Shown piece by piece: positions 1 to 12,661 of a stretch of DNA of 64,000 nt. The DNA comes from Octopus vulgaris. Its lineage: Eukaryota. The notes under the pieces are model-generated. The model had not been told where the DNA came from. It saw only the letters and a program-made list of their open reading frames with translations, and did no database searches. Numbering within the stretch: position 1 is the stretch's first letter; each line of letters opens with the position of its first letter. The stretch spans positions 71,796,001-71,860,000 of the forward strand of contig OX597833.1 of assembly GCA_951406725.2 (NCBI GenBank), given 5' to 3'. The position numbers and the translations under genes are program-made.

Positions 1-23
1 CTCACCTTTTCACCTTCCTACAG

Positions 24-216
24 GTTACTGACCCGAGTCAGTTTCCTTCATCTCCGACAGTCAAACACGAGAAACACTTCAGCAGCATGTTGTTACCTGC
101 TCATCAAATGGTCTTCACTCGTGACTCTTCCAAATTTATTCTCGCTACAAATGCTGGAACTTTACAAATCCTTCATTTCGAAGACAACGAAATAACCTGC
201 ATCAATCCAGCAAAAG
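24..216 (+). CDS. UTP4: UTP4 exon (VTDPSQ..HQMVFTRDSSKFILATNAGTLQI..NPAK)
   Basis: ttcctacag acceptor, G|gtaagt donor, phase 0 to 1. Confidence 0.88.
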
Positions 217-3200
217 GTAAGTTTGTGTCTTTTTCTTTTTGTTTCTCTTTTAAACATCCTTTTCTTTCCTTCCCTTCCCCCCCCCCCCTTCATGAAAAAT
301 GTGATCCCTGTAACTGACATTTGTTGGCAGAAACTGTACTGAAGCCCAGTAGATGAGTTGTTGAACTAATCTATCACCAGGTTTAACTCCCACCACTTGT
401 CTCTCGGATACATTTAGCAGACTCCATTCCTGAGGCAAGTATTCAGACTTTAATCTCTAATCTGAGTTTATCTGAGATTAGAGTTGTCTGCTGCTGCTTA
501 CCATGTCCACCTATTAGTTGTGGCTTGAAGCTGATAAGATGTGATTTGAGTGAAATTTGGCTGTTTTTTCTAGCAGGTTGAACACTGGTGCCAAGGTTTC
601 ACACATTGGCCCTTATTGACGTGTGAAATGGAGAGAGTTGTTAAAATGGTCAGAAGAATGTCTTGTTCTGGCTCTCTGCATTCCGAGTCCAGTTCCTTCA
701 TCCTTTGAAGGTTGGTAAATAAAGTTCCAGTCTGGGAAATGGTGGAATTGTGAGGGTGGTGCGGGGGATGCTTTGTGGTGTCTGTTGCATCGCAAGTTCA
801 AATTCCATCTTGGCACCAAAGGCTGGAGCTAATCAGCCAACCATGAATACAGCCTCTCAACCCATAATTGACCTCCAGGGACAAGTAAATTTACAACCAA
901 CAGGGGCAAGGGCAGGGGCATGCTGGGGCTTTCATCCAGACTAGATTGACAAATGACAGAATGGAATTTTAAGAATCTCCTGCTTCATTCTTGATGTGGA
1001 TTTTCTTGGGGTTTCAAAGTTGTTGGTGTTTGTTTAGGTCTGGAAACCGGTTCCAAGGCAAACATTCTTTGATGAACTGGAAAGACAAAATAGAATTCTA
1101 AAAAGTTTTCCTTCTTTTTCTTTTTCTTCTTGCATTGCATTCTAAATGTGCACCAGGAATTGCAGAGTCCATACACCTGCTGGAGGTGAGCAGCGACAGC
1201 CGATATGTTGCAACAGCAAATAGCAGCCAAGAGGTCAATGTCTTTGACACAGTTTCTGGAGAGGTAAGAATGGTTCCAATATTTTATTTCTTTCCTTCCA
1301 GTCACCCTAACGGTCTGGAAGCATTTTTATTTAAGGAAATTCTTGTTATGACTTAGTCAGGTGGGGGGGAGGGTGATTAAGGGACAGGCCCTTGACATTT
1401 TTGAGCAGGAGTTTCAAAACTAATGAAAGAAAGAGAAGAAGGAATCTGAGACATGGTGCAAATGCTAAAGGTACCAAAGGTCTGGGTGGGTGGTGGTGGT
1501 TGTTGTTGTTTGAGTAACGGTAAATTTGCTGTTTTAAAACAGATCCATTTCTGTGGGAAAGAAAGAAAGAGAGAGAGAGTGTGTGTGTGTGTGAAAGGTT
1601 GTGAAGATGAATGTGGTTGTGTGTGTTTTAAAATTAGGTTTTATGGGATAGAAAAGGGAAGGACAGTCTGGAGCAATTTATTTCTGTCAATTTATGAAGA
1701 GATTTTTGTCTTACAAAACTGGAAAAGCTTTCTCCATCTTGTATTGCTTTTCTTCCTTCCTTCCTTTCTTCCTTCCTTCCTTGGTAGATTCATAGAGGAA
1801 CCATCATGGCATCTGATGTATCATATGTAGTTTGAGTCTTGGAGGAGTTCTTCCCTCTCCAGGTCCGACTGCAGCTGATTTCTTCCAGAAAGAGAGACAA
1901 AAGGAATGAAAAAGTGAAAGAAAGAAAGAGAATTAGAGAGGTGGTCCTTTATTTATTGATCCCCCCCCTACAAAAAAAAGGACGAAAGGCAAAGTTTACC
2001 TTGGCTGTATTCAAAACTCAGAGTACAGAAATCACCAGAAACCAATCTAGTTAATGATTTTACTAATTAGCTGGTTTCTGTTGTTTTGCCAAAACTTATG
2101 ATGTGTTGTTCCCGTGTGAAGCTTTGTCTGTGATGTAAGAGAAGGTTGTGAAGGCACAAACAACAACAAAAAAAGAAACACATAAGGAGGAGAGACTAAG
2201 ACTTGGGACTCATAAGACCAGAGCTTCTCTCAGTTTCTAAGGGGCTGAGGTGATAGCACTCCTCCCTGAATGGGCCCTAGTCCATCACAAGGTTAACTTT
2301 CCTGCCGCTATTGTTGGGGGTTCATTTAAAGATGGGAGAAAGGAAGTGTTTTGGCCCCAAAACACAGCACAGCACCTGCTTGGGAATTGAAACCATGATT
2401 TTAGAATTGTGAGTGCAACACTCTAACCACCACCAGGCCACACGCTTCCACCAGTGATAGTGGAAAAGAAATGTGTGCTGAGTGGAGATGAAACAATATA
2501 CTAATTAACAATGCTAATTAACATTTCTTCTTTGTAGCACGTGACCTCAGTCCCCTCTCAGAGGGTGATGCCGACTGCAATGGCGTTCCATCCGTTGTTG
2601 CCGACCCTGTTCATTGTCTACAGCAACATGCAAGTGAGTGGCTCTCTCGGCTTTTTTTGTTTCGTTTATAATCAATTATTGATCAACTTTCGATTGTGGC
2701 TTCGTGAAAGCAAAGCTCAGCCAATTGGTTGATGCTTTGCCAACAGCAATAAACAAGTGAGTCTCTAATCAATGAGGGAGCTTCTGTATGGTTGCTCGAC
2801 CTGCTGGAAATAGCAGCCAAATCTTACACAAGTTGCACCATATTGTCTTTAAAAAAGAAGGACAAGTGTGAAGCATCCACACACACACACACACACACAC
2901 AAACACATATTAATGATGGGCTTTGTATAGTTTCTGCTCACCTAATTCACTCACAGGGCTAAAGTTGGAGATACTTGCTCAAGGTGCCATGCTGTTGGAC
3001 TGAGCCCAAAACCACATGATTGAGGATCAAGCCTAACCCCACCACTAGGCAGCCCTCGGGAGCCTTTAATAAGGCCCACTCTGTTGCAAGCATTTGGACC
3101 AGTTAGAGGATAACGTTGTCACATTAGTTTCAGAAACCCACAAACGGAACATTCCATTGAAAGAAAGAAATATGAAAACTTTAAGATATTTTACCGATTC

Positions 3201-6200
3201 TTAATTCTGTGCCATTGCCACATAAAAAGCACCCAGTGCACTCTATAAAGGGATTGGTGTTTCTAGCTGTAGAAACCACGGCACAACAGACAACTGGGGC
3301 CTGGTGCAGCTCTCTGGCTTCCCCAGCCCCTTATCAAACAGTCCATCCCAAGCCAGCATCGAAAACAGACGTTAAATTATTTTTATTATTATTATTTAAA
3401 ACGCTGCACAGCATCCAGTCTCATGATGTTGTTGACTGAAGATATTGTGTCTATCAGAGGGGTTTGTATTGTTTGTCAAGTCACAACAAGGACCTCAGAC
3501 AGACAGTACTTTATGCAACATGTGTGCAGTTCCAAGTAATGCCAATATTTGCAATACACCTAGATTGTAGGGTCATCATCCTCATCATTTAATGCCTGCT
3601 TTCCATGCTGGCATGGGTTGGACGATTTGACTGAGGACTGTCAAGCCAGAAGGCTGCACCAGACTCAATCTGATGCCCTTCCTAACACCAACCACTCTAG
3701 TGGGCGCTTTTACATGCCACCAGTCAGGTGGTAGTGGCAATGACCACGCTCGTTTTTACGTGTTCCCTTCACAGGAGCAAGTCCATCAGCACTGGCAGTG
3801 ACCACGCTCAAATGGTGCTTTTTACGTGTCACAAGCATGGGAGCCAATCTGTGGCCCTGGCAACGATCATGCTCGGATGTCCTTTTAACGTTCCACTGGC
3901 ACAAGTGCCAATCAGGCGCTTCTGTCATCGGCCACGTCAGCGATTTGGATTTTGATTTCACTTAAAATTTCCATCCTTATTGTTGTTGTTCTTTCTTTAT
4001 TTATTTATGAAACCTTATCTTTATATCTTTATCTCGTTTCAGCTCATGAGCTGTGGCCATGCTGGGGCACTGCCATTTATTTTAAAATTTGCTTTTTTCT
4101 CTTTAGTTTCGAGAATTTGATTTAACAGAAAACAACTTCACTCGTTGGTCGAAACGAATCAAGAAAACCTGGCATTCTCAGTGGCTTTCAAGACGAAGGA
4201 AAATCACCAGCGTCAACTATAATCCATTAAACCCAAACCAGTTAATCCTTCAGGATGAAGAGATGATCTGTCTGCTTGATAAAAACCAGGTAAGTCAACT
4301 TAGGAAATTATTTTCACCTCTTCTCAAAGTACAATTGTAAGCTATTGCAGCACTTGTATAAGGTTTTTGTATCACTTGTATCACTTGTATAACCTATTGT
4401 TGGTTATACAAGCATCTGGGCAGTCACTCAGTCTGCTAGAAATAGCAACCGAATTCCCTCAAGCCACCTTTCTGTTTTACTTGCTTAATGTGGAGGAAGA
4501 AGCAAAACCCATGACTTTTGTGGACGCTTCACAGATTGGTGAGTTTGATGCCATTAATGTCCCCCTGTAGGAGAGACATGAGTGAGGAGAAGGCCCCAAG
4601 GGGATGATGTTCTGGGAGAGTTTGGTGGGGGTGCAAGATCAGGGAGATCTGAGGAACAGAGGCCATTATAGTCTGGTTTTATAACTGGAAGGACATATTA
4701 AAGGCCCCTAAAAAGACAGTCTCACTCTTTTGAATACAACAAAACAATAATAATTCAAATAAATACAGCCAACAAAAATAACTGCAGAAGCCGAAGAGAA
4801 ATGCAATTTTTAAGTACAAGACATAAATAGTGACTTCATTAATTATCCAGGAATAATCTAGAACAATGAGCTGCCAACCACCAGACACAGCAGGAAATGT
4901 CAGTGGAAACTAATGATAAAACTAATTAACTAATAAGTTGAAAATTGGTAAATATTTTGCCTCTCATTAAATTAATTAGTTAACTGTTGTATAGTAATAA
5001 TAATGACAACAACAACAACAACAATTGTTGGATCGTTGGGAAGAGTATGAGAAGGTATCAAGGAGAATATAAAGGAAATGGGAAGAGAGTGCCCAGTGGA
5101 ACTGTTACAAAGGGTTTGCCCCCTTAACATGGCCAGAATAATCAGGAAAGTGTTAGCTGAAAAGAATGGATAGCATAGTACCTATTTCTTTATTACCCAC
5201 AAGGGGCTAAACACACAGAGGGGACAAACAAGGACGGACAAAGGGATTAAGTCGATTACATTGACCCCAGTGCATAACTGGTACTTAATTTATCGACCTC
5301 GAAAGGATGAAAGGCAAAGTCGACCTCAGCGGAATTTGAACTCACAACGTAACGCAGACGAAATATCGCTAAGCATTTCGCCCGGCGTGCTAACGTTTCT
5401 GCCAGCTATGGATAGCATAGTAGCGTAGGCTGCAGGTAGCAAGCCCAAATTTGCATGCAAGACTCCAGGAGTCCAGCATAATCTGTGATAAAGAGAAATA
5501 ATACAAAAACAGTTGATATGTCGTTAATAGATTCCAGTAGGAACTTGGTGCAATCCTCAACCCTGTTGGATCCTGATGAACTGTCCAACCCATGACAGCA
5601 TGGAAAAACAGGTATTAAAAGATGATGAAGAAGAGTGTAATGGCATTAATCCATCACCCCCAAAACATTAATCCAGCTTCTTTATCAAGTGTTTTCCAAA
5701 CATCAGATACAATGAAAATGAACACAATATATATACATGCTGTGCTTGGGAAGACTCAGCCAGCTCAAGTGAGACCCTAACCTTGTGGCCTATGCTAGGG
5801 GTGTAACCAGCCCACTTATGCGTACCTTTCCTTCATTGGACACTAAACTCTGCTTGCGAAGACCTGTTGAGGCAAGTGAATTCAAAATCGAAATCAAATT
5901 TGATGACTGGCATCCATGCTAGTGGAGCACTAAGAGTACCATCTGAGAGTGATCGTTGCCAGAGCAACAGACTGGCTTCCATGCGGGTGGCATGTAAAAA
6001 GCACCATTCGAGCGTGAACGTTTCCTGTGTCGCCTTACTGGCATTTGTGCTGGAGGCACGTGAAAAAACACTTGAGTGAGGTCATTGCCAGTGCTGCAGG
6101 ACTGGCTCTTGTGCAGGCGGCACATAAAGAGCACCATTTGAGTGTGGCCAGTGCCAGTGCCTGACTGGCCCTTGTGCCGATGGCACATAAAAGCACTCAC

Positions 6201-8421
6201 TACACTCTCAGAATGGTTGGTGTTATGAAGGGCATCCAGCTGTAGAAACTCTGTCAGATCAGATTGGAGTCTGGTGCAGCCATCAGGTTCGCCAGACATC
6301 AGTCAAATCGTCCAACCCATGCCAGCATGGAAAGCGGACGTTAAACATTATGATGATGGCACATGACTGCACATGGGATGAAAATAAGGGGTTTCGTTTC
6401 AATACTTGAAGTGTAAATAGAGAAATCTACAACTTCAAAAGTGTTCCGGCCTGACAAACCCTAAAATTGTGAAGTCAGGAGGGAACTGTTACTACTCACC
6501 AACTCCTCAGAGCAACTCAGGCAAATTCCCAGAATCTGGAAAACTGGGCAAAATGTATTAGAATTTTAAAAAGTCTAATGACACCCCAGTGAATAGAATA
6601 TCACTTAAACCCATCAGTGTGAATACCCTGAACTCATCGTCAACGTCAGTGTACATTCACCCCACCCTTTTTCAACTGTTGACAGTTTCTGATGACCACC
6701 ACCACAGATTATATACAACCACTTCAACAACTGAATACATCTCATTCTCACCATCATCAACGAAACAAACAACTTCACTTCCAACTTCTTATTCATCAGA
6801 AATTACACTGGAAATGATGGCTGCTAAAGGGGTTCCCTGGCAGCTAAACCCCTGAAGGAGTTCCCTGGCAGCTGAACCCCTCAACTACCATTGCAGTACA
6901 GTAAGACATCTGAAGTACGCTAAATAAGAGCACAACAAGCCTTCTCTTACACTTTCTTTCAACTTATATCTTTCTTTTTTTTGTCCCCTTTTTTTCTCTC
7001 TTCAGCCATTCCCAAACCCAAAGGTTCATTTTAAATCATTTGGTCACCAAGGATCACGCGGTGAGGCCCATGCTTTTCATATTGTAAATAAATTCAGGGT
7101 AAGTATTCCTTTACAATGATTTTTTTAATGGCTTAGTCAGGGGAGCAAGGGCAGTGCCCTTGGCCCTTTTTAGGGTTCTCTGAGTCTAGTGAGAGGAACG
7201 GTGGAAGACCCAACCTGAATTTTTGTAGCAGGTTGATCTCCACTGAAAGCATCTAAGGCTCAGTTTGTGGTGTTCAATGGAACGATGGGCTAAGCCTACT
7301 GCCCAATCAGTTTAACGGGCTTCCACATAGTTTCCATCTATGTCATTTCACAAGGTTTGAGTCCACCTGAGGATGTGGTATGAGAAACTTGCTCAAGGTG
7401 CCTCAAAGTAGGATTGATTGAATGTGAAATTCCCTCAGTGCAAAGCAAACTCACTCAACCTGTGCCCCACCCCCAAAACCTGTGTCATTGTTGTTCCTCT
7501 TTCTCATCTAAATCATTTACTCCCAGGTCAGTTGCCAAACCAACTGGTGATGGGTCACTGCTGCTGCTACTACTACGTTCTGAACCAACACAATAGTTTT
7601 TATATCATTGCTTGACTTGCTAACAAAAGCCCCTTCAAACTGTTCACTGCTGTCTTATAACAAGAAGGACATTTTAGATAATGTACTCCTTGATACATTT
7701 TGCTAGGAGAAAGAAAGAAAAACCGGTCTTTTCATGAAAGGCATCACTTCACTTAGCTTTAACATTCTCTTTTTTGCTCACTTCTCTCCTTCAACTGTAT
7801 TAGTCAGCAATTAAATATATACTCTCCATGCAAGAGGTGGGCCCTTGCATGATAGGGGCCTTGTGAGGGAATTTGGCAGACAGAAGATGAAAGAAACGTG
7901 TGTGTGTGTGTGTGTGTGCGCTTCCATTTTGGATCCACAGTGGCTGTGGTTGTTGGTTTCTTGTCTCCTCTCATTTTGTGTGGAGTAAAGGGTCCCTTAG
8001 TGACTGTTAAAGGTTGGTAACAGGAAGGGCATCCAGCTGTAGAACAGGGCCCCTCTCCATCTTTACTCAACACATGAAAAACAAATGTAAAGCTGAGAAA
8101 TATGCATTGTTTCCATCTCCCAAATTCAGTCCCAAGACCGGCTGGAGGCTCTGCTGTGCAGTCAGATTGAACCAGGAGCAATGTGGTTGCAAAGCAAACT
8201 GCTTAACCACATGGCTACACTGTCCGGAGAGAGATTTGTCCAACATTATTTAACTTTCTCTACATTTTTTACTTGACTTTTTATTTATTTATTTTTTTCA
8301 GTATATTCTTGGAAGCAGCTTCTTAAGGAATGGACAAATGGTTATTGTAGAAAAAACTCCAAAGGATTTTGAAGACGATTTATTGCCTGTTTTAAGAGTC
8401 AAGAAATTTGGAATGGGATAA
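24..8421 (+). CDS. UTP4: U3 snoRNA-associated protein 4 (UTP4/cirhin, WD40), 3' part; exons 24-216, 1157-1263, 2538-2633, 4107-4289, 7006-7098, 8302-8421
   Basis: Six GT-AG exons splice in frame to ...PTAMAFHPLLPTLFIVYSNMQ-FREFDLTENNFTRWSKRI..HSQWLSRRRKITSVNYNP..LILQDEEMICLLDKNQ-PFPNPK..HAFHIVNKFR-YILGSSFL..MVIVEKTPKDFEDDLLPVLRVKKFGMG*. This matches the remembered C-terminus of human UTP4 (VTAMAIAP..HSDQQVFEYSI..TDWSR..HAFKISKIYK..LVAVERP..KKKKFGT). The 5' part lies outside the window. Confidence 0.93.
1157..1263 (+). CDS. UTP4: UTP4 exon (GIAESIHLLEVSSDSRYVATANSSQEVNVFDTVSGE), WD40 repeat
   Basis: poly-Y followed by caccag acceptor (an in-phase alternative acceptor would start the exon at 1166), GAG|gtaaga donor. 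Confidence 0.88.
2538..2633 (+). CDS. UTP4: UTP4 exon (HVTSVPSQRVMPTAMAFHPLLPTLFIVYSNMQ)
   Basis: tttgtag acceptor, CAA|gtgagt donor. Confidence 0.92.
3400..3570 (-). mobile_element. 3' end of an R4/NeSL-type (RLE) non-LTR retrotransposon
   Basis: Minus strand reads ..LQILALLGTAHMLHKVLSV*, the typical RLE C-terminal motif (LLGTAxILRKVL). Confidence 0.5.
3575..3965 (-). mobile_element. SINE / RTE-tail repeat (GGTTGGCGTTAGGAAGGGCATCC..CATGGAAAGCGGACGTTAAA(TGA)n family)
   Basis: Reverse-complement copy of the family seen more than 10 times in the window. Confidence 0.8.
4107..4289 (+). CDS. UTP4: UTP4 exon (FREFDLTENNFTRWSKR..ICLLDKNQ)
   Basis: ctctttag acceptor, CAG|gtaagt donor, 61 open codons; absent from the ORF track. 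Confidence 0.92.
5181..5407 (-). mobile_element. tRNA-derived MetaSINE-like element with 15-bp target-site duplication
   Basis: Core GTCGACTTTGCCTTTCATCCTTTCG..GTCGATAAA on the minus strand; TSD ATGGATAGCATAGTA at 5166-5180 and 5408-5422. Confidence 0.85.
5740..6358 (+). mobile_element. SINE / RTE-tail repeat with internal ~60-bp tandem units
   Basis: Ends CATGGAAAGCGGACGTTAAACATTATGATGATG; repeated GTGCCGGTGGCAC units. Confidence 0.8.
7006..7098 (+). CDS. UTP4: UTP4 exon (PFPNPKVHFKSFGHQGSRGEAHAFHIVNKFR)
   Basis: long poly-Y plus ttcag acceptor, AGG|gtaagt donor. Confidence 0.9.
8302..8421 (+). CDS. UTP4: UTP4 terminal exon (YILGSSFL..RVKKFGMG*)
   Basis: ttttcag acceptor, TAA at 8419-8421, conserved KKFG C-terminus. 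Confidence 0.92.
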   Translation, partial: YILGSSFLRNGQMVIVEKTPKDFEDDLLPVLRVKKFGMG

Positions 8422-8433
8422 ATTTGAGGGAAC

Positions 8434-8439
8434 AATAAA
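8434..8439 (+). terminator. candidate poly(A) signal AATAAA of UTP4
   Basis: AATAAA 13 nt after the stop codon, followed by U-rich sequence. Confidence 0.5.
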
Positions 8440-8719
8440 ATTTAATTTTTCATATTTTTACTACTTTTTGTCTTCTTTCTCTTCCTGTGGAATTATAGGA
8501 TACATCTAATGTAAAAAAAAATAACCTAATATTTCTTCTGGGAGATTTGTTTTATTATTTTTTTCTTATATATTATACAGTTACAATCATTAACATAATT
8601 GGTTATTGATTTCTAATTAGCCAATTGCTAGTTTGTTGCATTTCAGTGACAAAGGAGTGTCTGTGCATCTAGGAGAGAGAAAATACCACAAGGTATTTAT
8701 GCTCAAAGCCCCCATTTAT

Positions 8720-9210
8720 CAACAGTTTCTCATTGAAGTGGATGCCTTTTGCCCATATCTTCTCCAAATGGTTTCTCTGAGCTTTTTGAGTGTCTCAAAG
8801 TCTATCGTTCAACCATCTTCCAGATCAAATCAAAGAGCACAAGGCCTTTTCTCATCCTGAGAAACAGTCATTGTGAGTCTCTGTGCCAATCGCTGGCTTT
8901 TGAATTTTTAATTTGGACCTTGAAGAAGATAATGTTATCCTTATTGTCAAAAGACAAACTCACCTGATGCTTTCTCTGATGACTGGTGACTCTTGAATTT
9001 CTGAGACCTTGAAGAAGAGATGTGATGCCATTCTATAGATTGAAACTCCATTTCTGGATCTTAAAGACGCAATCACATTTCATCCACTGTCACCAAATGA
9101 AAAAAAAAGAAACCTTCGTTGGCTTTCATTGGCTTCCAGCAGATCAGAGAAGACTTGCACACTTTTCTCCTTCAAATCAGACATCAACTGCTGCATTACC
9201 CACTTTACAA
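8720..9210 (-). pseudogene. degenerate mariner-type transposase relic
   Basis: Minus strand reads WVMQQLMSDLKEKSV..HLVTVDEM*LRL*DPEMEFQSIEWHHISSSRSQKFKS..DEK-LVLFD..LKKLRETIWRR, resembling the mariner motifs WVPxxL, IVTGDETW and QSMEWHH. Confidence 0.65.
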
Positions 9211-9264
9211 ACACTTTAAATATTAAGCAATTTAAAAATTAAATAAATATCAAATAGAAATTGT

Positions 9265-9581
9265 AGTTACGATACCTGTGCCGATGGCATGTAAAATACA
9301 CCATCCGAACGTGGCCGATGCCAGTGCCGCCTTGACTGGCTTCCGTGCTGGTGGCACGTAAAAAGCACCAACCGATTGTAGCCGCTGCCAGCCTCCCCTG
9401 GCACGTAAAAAGCACCCACAACACTCACGGAGTGGTTGGCGTTAGGAAGGGCATCCAGCTGTAGAAACACTGCCAGATCAGACTGGAGCCTGGTGCAGTC
9501 TCCATGGCTTACCAGACCTCGGTCAAACTGTCCAACCCATGCCAGCATGGAAAACGAACGTTAAACCATGATGATGATGAT
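9265..9581 (+). mobile_element. SINE / RTE-tail repeat
   Basis: Family motif and (GAT)n tail. Confidence 0.8.
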
Positions 9582-11453
9582 TCAGAAATGCTCAAAGTCT
9601 GCCACCATCTTCTGCAATACATTGTGACCAAAACCCAGTTGTGCAGCAAGTTCCTGGATTGGGTTTAAGTTCCTCAGGAGCAAAATGTCTTGGTATGGAC
9701 AGCCCCCAACTCTTCTTCTAAAGTCCCCTTTTTCTATTATTGCATGGGTCAGATCAAATTCTTTGAGGCAGATTTTCTACGGCCGGATGCATTTCCTGTT
9801 GCCAACCAACATGTTTCCAAATAAGGCAATATTTTGCTACAACCAGAATTGTTTTCTGAGAAGGTTGGACAGTTTGTCTGAGAGTGGTTCTTGTGCACGG
9901 CTTTCATTTGGTTACGGCCAAACCTTGACTCTCAAGCCATTTGCTTTGATTCAATTCCCCTTCTTCAGCCACTCCCACATCCCTCACCTTAACCCTCCTC
10001 CATACTGGCATTTCCCATCAACCAAACCTCCATCTTGTTCATCACTCACTGTATTCATCTCTTCATCTTTAATCATCTGTTGTTCCCCCCCCCATACTCC
10101 CATAAAGGTGTTCACATCCCCCCCTTCTACAGCCAACTGTATCCTCTCATAAGGGTTTGCTCCGGCACCCCATCCTTTCCTCTTATCTCCTCCACAGCAA
10201 GACCCCTGCGCTTCTCCTTCTGTCATACACCTCCCCCCCTCTTTGTAGGGGCAGCTTTTTCTTTCCCCTTCTTTTTCTGTCTTGTGGGTTTACATGACAT
10301 CATCGTTTGTGCTGGTGGCACATTAAAAGCGGTCCACTCTGTAGTGGTTGGCATTAGGAAGGGCATCCAGCTGTAGAAACTGTGCCGAATCTGACACTGG
10401 AGCTTGACATGGCCTTGCAACTCACCTGTTCTTGTCAAACAGTCCAACCCATGCCAGCAGGGAAAACGGACATCAAATGGCGATGACGATTATGGGGTCA
10501 CAAACACACACACATTCCCGTCTACCAGACCCTCTTACAAGGCTTTGCTTAACCCAACATTATAGTGAAAGGCCCTTAGCCAGGGTGCCATGCGGTGGGT
10601 CTGAACTTGAAACTCCCTTAATTACAGATAGGAGTACAAAAAAAAGTGGGGGGGGGCTTCTTACATCCGGGCATTTAAGGTTTTCTTATATTCCAGGTAT
10701 TGAGGAATTCTCCTAATTTTACCAAGAATAACCACAGAATTCAAATCCAATGCTTTCAGCCAAATGAGTTTTGCTTCTTGCTTCCAGACCTTCTTCGACC
10801 TACGATCAAATACATTCCCAACTTCACCTTTTTTAAAGCTTGCGTATGTTTTGAGTAAGACATGGTTGCTATTTCAAGCAGACCGAACGGCTACGTATTC
10901 GTTCTGCCATGAGACCATTGCATTCTCGATTCGCCAAGAGGTTGCCTGCCCTCAGTCAATAATAAGCGATCCTGTATCTGAGCGTCGTCAACCGAATGCT
11001 TTGTCGCTGGTTGTAGTTTTTATTGTTTGGCCTCAAACGAACCCTGATCAACCAAACTTATCATCAAGGGCGTCCCATCCATGGCTATCTCTTCTTTTAG
11101 GAGTCTACAAGACTAATTGAATACAAATTTTGTCACAAGGCCAGCAATTTTGGGAGAGTGTGCAACTCGGCCACAGCGGAATTTGAACTCAGAACGTAAA
11201 GGCGGACGAAATGCCGCTAAGCATTTTGTCCGGCGTAGTAACTATTCTGCCAGCTCGCCGCCTTGTACACAAGACTAATTATCCAATGTATCAGTCCTTC
11301 CGTTTTAAGACGGTAAGGAGTTTTATGGGGGAGATTTAGCAGCTATTTCCAGCAAATTGAGCCAGTAACTCCCTCGTTCGCTTCTATTGGTAACCGTTGT
11401 TGTTGTTGGTGGTGGGCGCGGTCAGCATCGAGGTATAGAGCCATACTTTCTAT

Positions 11454-11612
11454 CTGAGTTCAAATTCCGCCGAGGTCGACTTTGCCTTTCATCCTTTCGG
11501 GGTCGATAAATAAAGTACCAGTTTCGCACTGGGGTCGATATAATCGACTTAATCCGTTTGTCTGTCCTTGTTTGTCTTCTCTGTGTTTGGCCCCTTGTGG
11601 GCAGTAAAGAAA
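11454..11612 (+). mobile_element. 5'-truncated MetaSINE-like element
   Basis: GAGTTCAAATTCC (B-box-like) plus GTCGACTTTGCCTTTCATCCTTTCGGGGTCGATAAA; an inverted fragment lies at 11170-11263. Confidence 0.8.
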
Positions 11613-11719
11613 TATATCTAGAACTTTATTATTTAAGAGGGAAATTTAGCTGCTATCTCTAACAAATCGAACGCTCACGTAGGGAGTCCGTCGTCCCTTT
11701 CTATTGATAAATGGCAACA

Positions 11720-11900
11720 AGCAACGCGCGCGTTTGAGCGGTCAATGACTGGGTTAAAGATTGAATCGGGGGAGGCAAACGGGATCGAACGCTGGACGTC
11801 GATGTCCCACTTTTGTTTACATCACAAACGCACGTGCTCTCACCGGAAATGTTGGATGCTGGGTAGTTGTGACGTCACACCATGCCATCATGGCGGGCAC
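11720..11900 (+). promoter_or_regulatory. putative ANKS6 promoter (CpG-rich; E-box, ETS, CRE and YY1-like sites)
   Basis: CpG-dense patch ~760 nt upstream of the ATG: GCACGTGC 11830-11837, ACCGGAAAT 11842-11850, TGTGACGTCACA 11868-11879, ATCATGGCGG 11887-11896. Confidence 0.6.
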
Positions 11901-12661
11901 CTGCCGAGAAAGTTGCGAAAAGTTTTTGGAAAGTTTTGGGCTGAGTTTTTATTGAATTGTTTGAGTGTTTTAGCGATGGAATATTGGAGTAACGTGGCTC
12001 TGTGGAGTGTTGAAGCATTCTTTACGTGAAAAGGACATCTCTACACGCTAAGTTCTTTCCAATTATTGACGACTTCAATTTATTTACTTTTACAAGAAGC
12101 AAAAAAAAAACCTTCAAATTTTTCTGGAAAAGAAAATCCTGGAATTTCGAACCAACTTTATGGAATTCAATTCCCAAAAACATCTCTCGAAGAACTCAGC
12201 AACGATGGTGGTAACTTGTTCTGCCTTCATATGACTTCATAATTACAATATAACGACAAATGTTAAAATAATTACTGTTTTTGTTTTTTTTTCTGGTTTT
12301 TGTATTTGTGTCTGTAACTGGGAAGGGTGTTGCCACTTTGACCAACAAACTCGTATATTCTTGCAAAGAACTTTGTCAAACTGTGAAAAATTCCTTTTGA
12401 AAATTGGCAGACTTTTAAAACTCAATACTGACTCTTTTTTTTTTTAAACTCAACCGCCGAAGTAAATATTCCTTGAATATCTTTAACCAAATCCGGTTGT
12501 TTATCGTCTGCAGTAATTCTTCCTTCACTGCATTCGGATCTGTGATTAATTTTAATTTTAGATTTTGTAAATTTTTATTATATTAACCTTTCTTTTTTTT
12601 TTTTTTACAACTGGGTGGGCGTTATGGTTGATGGACGGGTGATGGCTTTTAACCATGGACC

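Noticed and set aside
11700-11720. RFX X-box half site ATGGCAAC upstream of a ciliary gene
   Set aside because: The left half does not fit the consensus, and it lies at the end of a dispersed repeat also seen at ~11330-11395.
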